A model generated the notes under the pieces. It was not told the DNA's origin. It was given only the letters and a program-made list of their open reading frames with translations, and ran no database searches. DNA of 34,911 nucleotides from Deltaproteobacteria bacterium (GTDB taxonomy: Bacteria > Myxococcota > Myxococcia > SLRQ01), in contig SKWY01000299.1 of assembly GCA_007128675.1 (NCBI GenBank), positions 1 through 34,911 on the forward strand, in the 5' to 3' direction. Below, one piece after another: positions 24,870-33,439 of this stretch (the stretch's first letter is position 1; each line of letters begins with the position of its first letter). The translations under genes were made by a program, and so were the position numbers.

Positions 24870-24996
24870 GCCGCTTCGCAAAGGCTCGCTGTTGAGGCGA
24901 ACGGCGCCCCAAGAGCCCCCGGGCATCCGCAAGGTTCTGGAGCCGAACGGTTCTGCTTGACGAGATCCCCTAGGACTTGGCCGCAGGGGAGGGGGG

Positions 24997-25024
24997 TTGA
25001 CAGTATGACGCGAAGCGTTATCTT
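24997..25024 (+). promoter_or_regulatory. Sigma70-like promoter candidate (TTGACA-16 nt-TATCTT) for the phasin-like gene
   Basis: TTGACA at 24997-25002 and TATCTT at 25019-25024, about 70 nt upstream of the ATG at 25092. Confidence 0.3.
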
Positions 25025-25091
25025 GGCGCAGCGCGTCAAGAGGTCTTCTTGCAGCCGTTCGAGGACGGCCTTTTCATCTCGAGGAGGTTTT

Positions 25092-25649
25092 ATGGCCACG
25101 AATAAATCGAAAAACGGTGCACCCGAAAAAGGCGTCCATATTCACGTGCACGTTCCTTCCTTTGTCCATGGCGGGATCGAGGCTGGACGCAAACACCTGC
25201 AGGAGATCGAGGAGCAGGCAAGCGAGCTTTTCGAGGGGCTTCGAGCTCGCGGGTACGACGAGCTGCGGTCGCTTCGAGAGAGCCTCCCCGCCCCCAGCAT
25301 TCGTGAGAATTTGCCAATCGATCATTTGATCGAGAGGAGCAGGGAGGTAGAGACCGAGGCGCTCGAACGAGCTGGAAGCTTGGCGGCCAAAGTGGAGCAG
25401 AGCATTGATACGGTGAAGAGAGCGTTGTTGGACTTTGCTGGGATAGCTAGCCGTGACGATGTGGCCGCCATTGATGAGAAGCTGGAGCGTTTGTCCAAGC
25501 GGCTGGACCGCCTTGCAAGACAGGCTCGAAGCGCTGGGTCCGATCGACAGGGCAAGAAGAAGCCTGCCAATAAGACAAAGACGTCGGAGGGATCTGGCGG
25601 CAAGCCCCGTGGGAGCACGCCATCGCGGCCTCGCAAGCCACGGGGGTGA
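25092..25649 (+). CDS. Phasin-family (PHA-granule-associated, PhaF/PhaI-like) protein with a basic C-terminal tail
   Basis: The ATG at 25092 follows the RBS GAGGAGG. Coiled-coil sequence with an IASRDDVAAIDEKLERLSKRLDRL segment resembling the phasin PSR..V..L motif. The tail is Lys/Arg/Pro-rich (GKKKPANKTK...RPRKPRG). Confidence 0.45.
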   Translation: MATNKSKNGAPEKGVHIHVHVPSFVHGGIEAGRKHLQEIEEQASELFEGLRARGYDELRSLRESLPAPSIRENLPIDHLIERSREVETEALERAGSLAAKVEQSIDTVKRALLDFAGIASRDDVAAIDEKLERLSKRLDRLARQARSAGSDRQGKKKPANKTKTSEGSGGKPRGSTPSRPRKPRG

Positions 25650-25901
25650 GCCATCCCCCCCTTCAGTCTTCGAGCAATGCCTCGATGCCAACCGCGCTGG
25701 TCCCCTCTATTGGATGGCCACTTGCCGTATTCAGAAGCGGCCCCTTCCCCCCCCGGGGGAATCGCAGCTTCCCGTCGCGGCGAAGTCTCATTGGGATAGG
25801 TAGGCACGAAAGAGGGGATCCCGAAGAGGTGGCGCTGGCGATGGGAAACGAACGCTACCCTTGGCTGGAGAGCCGCCCACGTGATAGATAACGCCCCCGT
25901 C

Positions 25902-26795
25902 ATGGCCGAAAGAACTCTTGGAGTAGTGGGCGGCAGCGGGCTCTACGATCTGCCGGGACTCGATGATGTCGAGGAAGTGGTAGTGGAAACCCCCTTTGGC
26001 GAGCCATCGGATGCGTACTTAGTCGGAAACGTCGGCGATACGAAGGTGGTCTTCCTGGCTCGCCATGGGAAGGGCCATCGCCTCGCGCCAGGAGAGATTA
26101 ATTACAGAGCCAATATCTGGGGCCTGAAGAAACTAGGCTGCGAGCAGGTCATCTCCGTTACGGCCGTTGGCTCGATGAAGGAAAAGATTGCTCCAGGAGA
26201 CATCGTGCTCGTGGATCAGCTCTTCGATCGCACATCCAAGCGAGCGTCCACTTTTTTCAAAGACGGCGTTGTTGCTCACGTTGCCTTGGCGGATCCGATC
26301 TGCACGAAGCTCTCCGGCTCCCTCGAACAGGCGGCAAGGCGAACACCTGGTGGTCTTCATCGGGGCGGCACCTATTTGTGCATTGAAGGTCCTTCTTTTT
26401 CGACCAAGGCCGAGTCTCGCATCTATCGGCAGTGGGGTGTGGACGTCATTGGAATGACGAATCTGCCGGAGGCCAAGCTGGCCCGCGAGGCCGAGCTTTG
26501 TTATGCGGTGATGGCTCTCGCCACCGATTACGATTGCTGGCACGAAGGTGAGGAGGAGGTGTCGGTTCCCGCCGTCCTGGCGATGATGCAAAAGAACGTG
26601 GAGCGGGCCAAGGCCATAGTTGTCGACCTCGCAAGGCATCCGCCCGACACAGGTGACTGCAAATGTCGCTTTGCCCTCGACGGGGCGATCATGTCGGATC
26701 TGGATAAGGCCCCTCCCGAAACACTCGTTCGTCTAGATCTCTTGTTGGCTCGTCAGATATCGGAAGCTCGAGATGCCCCTGCTTCTCGAGGTTGA
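25902..26795 (+). CDS. mtnP: S-methyl-5'-thioadenosine phosphorylase
   Basis: Close collinear similarity to MTAP: LGVVGGSGLYD, TPFGEPSD, FLARHG, INYRANIWGLKKLG, VISVTAVGS, IEGPSFSTKAES, GVDVIGMTNLPEAKLAREAE and ATDYDCW. Confidence 0.92.
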   Translation: MAERTLGVVGGSGLYDLPGLDDVEEVVVETPFGEPSDAYLVGNVGDTKVVFLARHGKGHRLAPGEINYRANIWGLKKLGCEQVISVTAVGSMKEKIAPGDIVLVDQLFDRTSKRASTFFKDGVVAHVALADPICTKLSGSLEQAARRTPGGLHRGGTYLCIEGPSFSTKAESRIYRQWGVDVIGMTNLPEAKLAREAELCYAVMALATDYDCWHEGEEEVSVPAVLAMMQKNVERAKAIVVDLARHPPDTGDCKCRFALDGAIMSDLDKAPPETLVRLDLLLARQISEARDAPASRG

Positions 26796-26862
26796 AGCCC
26801 ACGGCTGCCCGCGTGCTCACGACTGAACGCGCATTGGTTGGCATAAGTAACGGAGGTTTTTC

Positions 26863-27798
26863 ATGTCCCTCGTCGCTGTCGGCTCGATGGCACTCGATAG
26901 CATAGAGACACCCCATGGCCGTCGGGACGATGTCTGGGGGGGCTCGGCCACATACTTCGCCACCGCCGCGTCAGTGTTCAGTCGGGTGTCTCTCGTTGCG
27001 GTGATAGGAGACGATTTCCCCCGGGAGATCCTCGAGTTCTTGGAGGATCGCGATGTATGTCTGGCAGGGCTGAAGCGAGCCGCGGGGTCCACATTTCGTT
27101 GGAAAGGGCGATATGGGGTGGACTTGAAGGATCCGGAGACCCTGGATACGCAGCTTGGCGTCTTCGATCAGTTCCGGCCGCGGTTGCCCGAGAGCTATCG
27201 AGAGGCCAGCTACGTATTCTTGGCGAACATAGACCCGGATTTGCAGCGTGACGTGCTCTCACAAGTGAAGAACCCTGGTCTAGTCGCTTGCGATACGATG
27301 AACTTCTGGATCGACGGCAAGGCCGAATCCCTTGCACGCACTTTGGCCGAGGTCGATTTGCTTGTAATCAACGATGGAGAAGCAAGGGCCCTGGCCGGAG
27401 AGAACAACCTCGTAAGAGCTGCGCGAAAGATTATGGATCTAGGGCCTGGTAGGCTCATCATCAAGCGCGGAGAGAACGGGGTCTTTCTTTTCGACGAGCA
27501 GGGCATTTTCGCTGCTCCGGCATATCCTTTGGCGGACATCATCGATCCCACTGGCGCGGGTGACTCATTCGCGGGGGGAATGATGGGTTATCTGGCGAGC
27601 AAGGGCAGGGTGGACGCCGAGGCCCTTCGACAGGCGATGGTAGTAGGCGGCGTCATGGCATCTTTCGCCGTCGAGGGGTTCAGTCTGGACAGGATGCGGG
27701 CCTTGACGATGGAGGACGTGGCGGAGCGGCTAAGACGCTATCGTGCCCTCACCCGGTTCGAGGAGATACCCGAGCCCGTTGCGCGTGCGGCTGGCTGA
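26863..27798 (+). CDS. PfkB-family carbohydrate/nucleoside kinase
   Basis: 311 aa. The C-terminal PfkB signature DPTGAGDSFAGG is present. RBS GGAGG. Confidence 0.85.
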   Translation: MSLVAVGSMALDSIETPHGRRDDVWGGSATYFATAASVFSRVSLVAVIGDDFPREILEFLEDRDVCLAGLKRAAGSTFRWKGRYGVDLKDPETLDTQLGVFDQFRPRLPESYREASYVFLANIDPDLQRDVLSQVKNPGLVACDTMNFWIDGKAESLARTLAEVDLLVINDGEARALAGENNLVRAARKIMDLGPGRLIIKRGENGVFLFDEQGIFAAPAYPLADIIDPTGAGDSFAGGMMGYLASKGRVDAEALRQAMVVGGVMASFAVEGFSLDRMRALTMEDVAERLRRYRALTRFEEIPEPVARAAG

Positions 27799-28305
27799 CG
27801 AAGAACGGATGATCTCGAAAGATTGATGACAGGGCAGATCTTTTGGGGGCTTCTGTTGCACAGGCGGTCCCTTATTTGTGAACCGCCCCATAAGCTCGTA
27901 GCTTCTCTTTCTCGCTCTCATGTATCCGGTTTGGACCCCGGGCTGCTCGGAAGATCGAGGGCGAGGAGGCTCTTTGCGCCAAGGGGGCTCCTGGACCATC
28001 CGCCGGCGCGGGGGACCCTTCTTGGCCGAGACCCGCCGCCGAACGGCGGCCCGTACCAGACACGCACCATCGCCGCACACCCCGCGAGACGCGCTTCTAA
28101 GAACGCAGACGCGGACGCCTCTCGTACAGCCAACTTTGCACCAACAAGACACATTCGCGCCAAGCCCCTATTCTCTCAAGAGGTTCATCTCCGCGCCTAT
28201 TTCGAGATGGAGGGAATCCATCAGTCGGCGTTGTCCTTGTCATGAGAGGTGAGCGAAGCTACAATGGACTTGTCAAGTGCCGGCTACTTGAGCCCTTGGC
28301 TGTAA

Positions 28306-28677
28306 ATGAGGGGGCCATTATTTCAGGCAATGACTAACCTCGAGAGACGAAGGTACCATCGAGTGCCCCTCAAGGAACGGTGTTGGTGTGAGGGCGCCTG
28401 TACCACGATCTACGCCATCATCAAGGACGTTTGTGAGGGCGGCCTTTTCATACGTACAAGTGCTCCCTTGAAGCAAGGAGCTCGAACAAGGATCAGATGG
28501 TCCTTGTTGCCCGGGCATGAAGAGATCCAGGCCGATGCAGTAGTGGTTTGGAGCCGATCGGATGCCAAGTCGCTGAGCGATCCCCCCGGAATGGGCCTGC
28601 GTATCGAAGGAATATCCAGTGAGGCGCGAGAGCGAATCAGAGACTACGTCAGGATGGCTCTTTCTTCCTCGGATTGA
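28306..28677 (+). CDS. PilZ-domain protein (putative c-di-GMP receptor)
   Basis: RRRYHR (RxxxR) and DVCEGGLFI (a variant of D-x-S-x-x-G) are present. The start may be the ATG at 28330. Confidence 0.7.
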   Translation: MRGPLFQAMTNLERRRYHRVPLKERCWCEGACTTIYAIIKDVCEGGLFIRTSAPLKQGARTRIRWSLLPGHEEIQADAVVVWSRSDAKSLSDPPGMGLRIEGISSEARERIRDYVRMALSSSD

Positions 28678-28947
28678 CCCTTGCTTGCTGAACCCGTAGG
28701 CGGGCTGACAAGACCCTTGCGTTGACGCCATTAGGGGGCTGGCGCGCGAAAAGCGAACGATACTCGCCCACCTGCCGCGTCTTGGGGGTCGCCAAGTGGC
28801 CTGCCGCCCTCGGGCTCCTGGATGATCATGGAGTCTAGTTACGTTGCTTCACACGATACCCGTTCAGGGATTTGCAGCTCTCTTGCACGCTCTCGTTGCG
28901 GTGCTCGAAAGGGCTGTGCTAGCTTGCGCGTCCAGAGACGAAACCTC

Positions 28948-29688
28948 ATGCGCATCGCTATCTTTTCGGACGTTCACGGAAATCTTGAAGCACTCGAGGA
29001 GGTCTTGAAGGCCTTCGACGAGTTGAGCATCGACAAGTACGTTTGCCTGGGGGATGTCGTGGGCTATGGGGCGCAGCCCAATGAGTGCTGCGAGTTGGTG
29101 CGTGAGCGAGTTTCCCATGCTGTTCTGGGAAACCATGATGCCGCCGTAGTTGGTCGGATGGACTACTCCTACTACTACGCGGCCGCGCGACAGGCGCTCG
29201 ATTGGTGCCAAGCGAGGCTCTCACCGGAGAATCGGGATTGGTTGGGCGGGCTGCCCTTGGAGATGAATGATTCCGATATTCCAGGGCTCCACTACTCCCA
29301 TGGCTCCCCACTGGAGCCTGATACTTTTGGATATGTCTTTGCCTTGGAGCAAGCTCGAGAGCTTCTTCCCCATCTTTCCTCCCTCGCCGCGGTGAGCTTC
29401 ATAGGCCACTCTCATCTATGCAAGTCGTTCGCGCTGGACGAGGAAAACGTCTTGGATCTAGTGGGACGGCGCCTTCTCATCGAGGAGCCACACAAGTACA
29501 TCGTGACTGTTGGTAGCGTGGGTCAGCCACGTGACTACGACAATCGCGCCTGCGCAGGGATCTTCGACTCCGATAGCAACACCTTCGAATACGTTCGAGT
29601 CGAGTACGACATCGAGTCGGCCGCTCGAAAGATTTTTGAAGCGGAGCTCGCACTGAACTTTGGCAAGCGACTATTTCTGGGAATCTAG
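28948..29688 (+). CDS. Metallophosphoesterase (calcineurin-like phosphoesterase family)
   Basis: A start at MRIAIFSDVHGN gives the canonical motifs DVHGN, GDVVGYG, GNHD and GHSH. The 42-codon upstream extension in the ORF track is unlikely to be real. Confidence 0.85.
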   Translation: MRIAIFSDVHGNLEALEEVLKAFDELSIDKYVCLGDVVGYGAQPNECCELVRERVSHAVLGNHDAAVVGRMDYSYYYAAARQALDWCQARLSPENRDWLGGLPLEMNDSDIPGLHYSHGSPLEPDTFGYVFALEQARELLPHLSSLAAVSFIGHSHLCKSFALDEENVLDLVGRRLLIEEPHKYIVTVGSVGQPRDYDNRACAGIFDSDSNTFEYVRVEYDIESAARKIFEAELALNFGKRLFLGI

Positions 29689-29725
29689 AGAGGCTGATCT
29701 CTTCGAGTATTGAAAGCCTTCAGGC

Positions 29726-32023
29726 CTAGACGATGGAAAGATGCGTGGCGATTCTGGTAGCCTGCACCGTACCTTCGGGATCGACCAGAAAAGTCGTCAG
29801 ATGCTTGTTTGTCAGAACCTGCTCGATCTCGTGCATGCTTTCTGGAGTCAGAGATCCGAGCAGTGAGCCGTCTTGCAGATCGACCAGATACAGGGCTTGG
29901 CTGGCGACCAGAAGGACTCCCCGCCCGGCGCAAAGAGCGGGGCGGGTTTCGGGGTGTGGCTCCGGACAGGGGATCCGAGAGGTCCAGAGAAGACGGCCTC
30001 GTCTTCCAAGCGCCGCTAGGTTCCCATGGCGATCCGCTACGTAGATCCTGCTGCGTGTTGCTAGAACGCTCGGAACACCCCTGAAGCTCTCTAGCACTAC
30101 TCTTCGATCTCCTCCTCCCGGGGTGGAGATGACCACCACGGACACATTACCAAGGATGCCGGGAATGACGGCTCGGCCTCCCGTATGTATCGCTCTGCCG
30201 GCGCGATCCATGGCAAGTACCCTTCGCTCGGTGCTGCTTCCAGTCGCGGTATCGGTGCGAAAGAGAACAGGTCCTTCGGCCGAATCTCCCATCACATGAA
30301 CCTTGCCGCCCACCGAGAAGGGCTCGCTCACGGGCTCCATTCTCGTTCGAGCGCGCCAACGGGGCTTGCCCGTGTCTGCGTTCAAGGCGAACAGGAAACC
30401 GGAGTTGCTTGCCACAAGAACTCCAGCTCTTCCTCCGCTGACATGGCAGAGGCTGCTGTGCGGGGGAACGAAGCGCCATTGAATGCGCCCATCCGTTTCG
30501 CATAGAGCCAGGATCGACCTGTCGTCGGGGCAAAATAGAAGATTTCCGGCGCCACGAAGATACAACTCGCTATTGGAGGCTCCTGCCTCGAGGGCCACCG
30601 CCGACCAGGCGGTTTTTCCGACCGGAGTTACGAGATCCAGCCCAACGGGGGTCGACATGAGTACTGGGTCGCTTCGCCGGGGACCGCGCCAGACGTTTCC
30701 GACCCCTTCTCTCACCCAGGATGGTCGACCCGATTCCGTCTCCAAGTTGAAGGCACCTTCTTCTCCGGCGACGAGAAGTCCCCGGCCCAGGAATCCGAAT
30801 CCCCCAGGCACGAGAGGGCCAACATCGAAGGTCCACAGTGACTTCATCGAGACTCTTCGCAGCTTGTGGGCACAGAGCTTCTCTTTCGATACGGTCGTCG
30901 GTGCCGGCCCAACTGTGGAAGCCTTGTCATGTGGCCTTGGGCCAATCCTGTCGCCCTCTAGGAGGGCCAGACAGTACTCCTTGAGATGTCCTGCATCCTC
31001 CGCCAGTTCGGATAGGTAGGAGTTCGATCTCTGCATGGGGGCGAGACGGCTCACTGTGTCGAAGAAGTCCAGTGTTGCCTGCAAGATGACGACCGCAAGC
31101 TGAATGGGTCGGGTCGACCACTTGCCTCGAGGACTCTCGAGAAGGCCGGAGGCGAAGTAGAACGTGAGCCTTGTCGAGCCAAGGTGGAGGCTTGCCTGAC
31201 AGTCGCCGCCCTCGAGGGCCGAGAGGAAGTCTCGCAGCTCGAAGACCAAGCATCGAAAGGCAAGGTAGGGAGGACCATTCCATTTTGCGATGAGCTCGTT
31301 TCTGGACCCGCGAAGGCTGACGTGACCGTTGCCTAGGAGGGAATGAAGATCGCCCGGCGCTCCCCCATCCCATTCGAAAACTCTGTCGCTGCTCCTTGAG
31401 AGTTCGAAGGTACACGTCATTTCGCCGAATACCGCCGCTCCTCCCGTATCGATCTGCTTCTCCCATTTTCGAGAAGGGCGCCTCGAGTGGAGCCTTTGTC
31501 GGGAGCGACCTCGAAGTCGCCTTGCCTTGGCTGCCAGAGAGGATACGAAAGGGCCTCGGCCCAGCTTTGGAGATACCTCTAGGATGTCGGAAAGGAAACC
31601 TTCGATGAACTCTTGAATGGCCTCGAAAAAGGTCTCGCAGTCCAGGGCAAAGCCGTCCAATCTCACCTCGGGAGGAGGGCCGAGGACGACAAGGGAAACT
31701 AGGATCTCGGTGCCCCGCCTATGTAGCAGAAGCTCTGTTGGTGGTGAGCCGAAGGGCAGGGATGCTCGCTTGTTTCCTCTGGCCAGCGTTTCTGCGGCTC
31801 TGGCCACATCCGAAACGACCTGAAAAAGTGGCGATTCTCGAATGTCCGCAACCAGATTGATGCCGTCCACGGAGACTGTCAGTACATCAAGGACGTCCAT
31901 TTCCTCCGAAAACCGTGAGGTAGGCTCACGGCCTTCGAAATGGTGCTGCTCCATGGACCGCTGGTAGGCGGGGTTCGAGAGCCATGCGCGGCCGGCACGT
32001 AAAGAAAACATGAGCTTTTCCAC
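29726..32023 (-). CDS. Large hypothetical protein: unknown ~390-aa N-terminal region fused to a PQQ/BamB-like beta-propeller
   Basis: 765 aa. The C-terminal half has repeated propeller-blade signatures (LALCETDGRIQWRF, LFALNADTGKPRWRA, IYVADRHGNLAALGRRGRLLWTS, LYLVDLQDGSLLGSL). No signal peptide is visible. The N-terminal region has no motif I recognise. Confidence 0.6.
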   Translation of the reverse strand: MEKLMFSLRAGRAWLSNPAYQRSMEQHHFEGREPTSRFSEEMDVLDVLTVSVDGINLVADIRESPLFQVVSDVARAAETLARGNKRASLPFGSPPTELLLHRRGTEILVSLVVLGPPPEVRLDGFALDCETFFEAIQEFIEGFLSDILEVSPKLGRGPFVSSLAAKARRLRGRSRQRLHSRRPSRKWEKQIDTGGAAVFGEMTCTFELSRSSDRVFEWDGGAPGDLHSLLGNGHVSLRGSRNELIAKWNGPPYLAFRCLVFELRDFLSALEGGDCQASLHLGSTRLTFYFASGLLESPRGKWSTRPIQLAVVILQATLDFFDTVSRLAPMQRSNSYLSELAEDAGHLKEYCLALLEGDRIGPRPHDKASTVGPAPTTVSKEKLCAHKLRRVSMKSLWTFDVGPLVPGGFGFLGRGLLVAGEEGAFNLETESGRPSWVREGVGNVWRGPRRSDPVLMSTPVGLDLVTPVGKTAWSAVALEAGASNSELYLRGAGNLLFCPDDRSILALCETDGRIQWRFVPPHSSLCHVSGGRAGVLVASNSGFLFALNADTGKPRWRARTRMEPVSEPFSVGGKVHVMGDSAEGPVLFRTDTATGSSTERRVLAMDRAGRAIHTGGRAVIPGILGNVSVVVISTPGGGDRRVVLESFRGVPSVLATRSRIYVADRHGNLAALGRRGRLLWTSRIPCPEPHPETRPALCAGRGVLLVASQALYLVDLQDGSLLGSLTPESMHEIEQVLTNKHLTTFLVDPEGTVQATRIATHLSIV

Positions 32024-32047
32024 TCTAAGATGCTAGTTGGCGGCAGG

Positions 32048-32059
32048 TTGCCTAGGCAA
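32048..32059. promoter_or_regulatory. Perfect 12-bp palindrome TTGCCTAGGCAA in the divergent promoter region
   Basis: Read directly from the sequence. It lies 25 nt upstream of the 765-aa gene start and about 145 nt upstream of the HARE-HTH gene. Confidence 0.35.
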
Positions 32060-32202
32060 GACGTTGTTCGGCTGCGAGCGCTGTCCACGGAAACAAAGGA
32101 GACACTATCGTGTTCCTGTTTCCCTTCTTCATACGTCACCGCGGCTCGTGAGCCTTGTACCGTCTTTACCAACAGACGCTGAGCGACTAGATTGCCGTCT
32201 CC

Positions 32203-33417
32203 ATGACATTCTATGAAGCTGCATTAGACGTTCTAGGTAGGGAAGGGAAGCCTCTCCACTATGAGGAGATTACGCGCCGGGCGCTAGAGGAGGGCCTGCT
32301 TTCGCATGTAGGGCGAGTTCCCTGCGACATCATGCGCGCCCGCCTGTTGGCGATGGCACGTCGTGATGACGGGAAGACCCTGGCGGTTGTGGAACCCGGG
32401 GTTTTTGGTCTAGTGCAGTGGGGCCTAGTGCAGGCTAGGGAGGCTCTCGAGGCCACTGAACCCGAACTTCCCGATAGCAAGTACAGTCTTAGGCCCAACG
32501 AGCGCACGCCAATGACCCTCGCAGAACGCCGAGCGGTACGTGAGGCGGAGCGGACAGGCCGCTTCCAGGCCGAAGACAAGGAGGCGAGGGCACGCGGTAA
32601 ACGGCGCCGTCGTCGTGGTCGCAAGGGTGAATCCCCAGCCGATGCTCTTGCGGCGATGGTTCACGAGCTTGGCGACGGCCCGGTGGATCTACAGTATGTC
32701 GTCGATGCACTAGATCGCCAGGTGGCTCTTCCCGAAGGCTTCCCTTCAAAGCTCGAAGGTCTCTGTGAGCTTGCACGACAGGAGAATGAGAGGTTGGCGC
32801 GCCTCGGTGAGCCCCCCCGCTTCCTGCTCGAAGGAGATAGGGTGACACTTGCCCCAGAAAGACCCGCAAGGCAGCGGCCCGCGGCCGCCGCCGCCGGCCC
32901 ACAGAAGGAGCCGGCACCCTTCGTTCTGCGCAGAGACGCCCAACAGGCTGTCTCGAAGACAATCCTAGCGGCGTTGAAGGAAATGTCCCACGAGAAGCTC
33001 GAGCAGATACTGCTTGCGCTGGCTCGAAGCCATTCTCTCACCGATGCGAAGGTAGCCAAGCGTTCAGCGAAGGGGAGCCCTCTTTTCACCGGGATGGTCA
33101 GGTTCGGGGTCAGTCAGCTCCGCTGCGCGGTGCGGATGCTTTTGTCGGGCAGGGATGTTCGAGAAGACGACGTCGATGAACTCAGGGCAGACCTACAGAA
33201 CTACAGCGCCGCGGTGGGAGTATTGCTAAGCCTCGGCAGAATCCCGCGCTCGGTTCGCTCTCGGGCCGAGGATATGAGTCAGAAACCGGTGTTGCTATTC
33301 GATGGCGAAGCGCTCGCCGATGCATGCGTGGGCTCGCGGATCGGTGTCAGGACGCGTTTCGAGGAGGTCTTTCAGTTTGCCCCCGAGCTTCTCGAGACTC
33401 CAGAACCCAACGAATAA
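32203..33417 (+). CDS. HARE-HTH domain protein with a C-terminal Mrr-like (restriction endonuclease fold) domain that appears catalytically degenerate
   Basis: The N-terminus (MTFYEAALDVLGREGKPLHYEEITRRALEEGLL...VFGLVQWG) matches the HARE-HTH pattern. A basic linker follows (RARGKRRRRRGRKG). The C-terminal end (PVLLFDGEALADACVGSRIGV) resembles the Mrr_cat terminus (I.LIDG..L..L....G.GV). I do not see the DGGID / QxK catalytic segments. Confidence 0.5.
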   Translation: MTFYEAALDVLGREGKPLHYEEITRRALEEGLLSHVGRVPCDIMRARLLAMARRDDGKTLAVVEPGVFGLVQWGLVQAREALEATEPELPDSKYSLRPNERTPMTLAERRAVREAERTGRFQAEDKEARARGKRRRRRGRKGESPADALAAMVHELGDGPVDLQYVVDALDRQVALPEGFPSKLEGLCELARQENERLARLGEPPRFLLEGDRVTLAPERPARQRPAAAAAGPQKEPAPFVLRRDAQQAVSKTILAALKEMSHEKLEQILLALARSHSLTDAKVAKRSAKGSPLFTGMVRFGVSQLRCAVRMLLSGRDVREDDVDELRADLQNYSAAVGVLLSLGRIPRSVRSRAEDMSQKPVLLFDGEALADACVGSRIGVRTRFEEVFQFAPELLETPEPNE

Positions 33418-33439
33418 TGCCGATGAGGACCCCCAAGAG

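Noticed and set aside
25745-25761. TTCCCCC-CCC-GGGGGAA hairpin as the terminator of the phasin-like gene
   Set aside because: It has a stable stem but no following U-tract, and it lies about 100 nt past the stop. It cannot be called an intrinsic terminator from sequence alone.
25650-25901. SAM/SAH-type riboswitch in the 252-nt leader of the MTAP gene
   Set aside because: No recognisable SAM-I, SAM-II or SAH consensus elements were seen. Only generic GC-rich pairings such as GGTGGCG...CGCCCAC are present.
27799-28305. tmRNA, RNase P RNA, SRP RNA or c-di-GMP riboswitch in the long gap before the PilZ gene
   Set aside because: I could not find the diagnostic strings on either strand. These are GGAAAGTCCGGGC for RNase P, a CTCCACCA 3' end and tag ORF for tmRNA, the GGTCCGGAAGGAAGCAGCC core for SRP, and the GACGCAAAGCC-type GEMM core for the riboswitch. 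The gap is kept only as an unexplained region.
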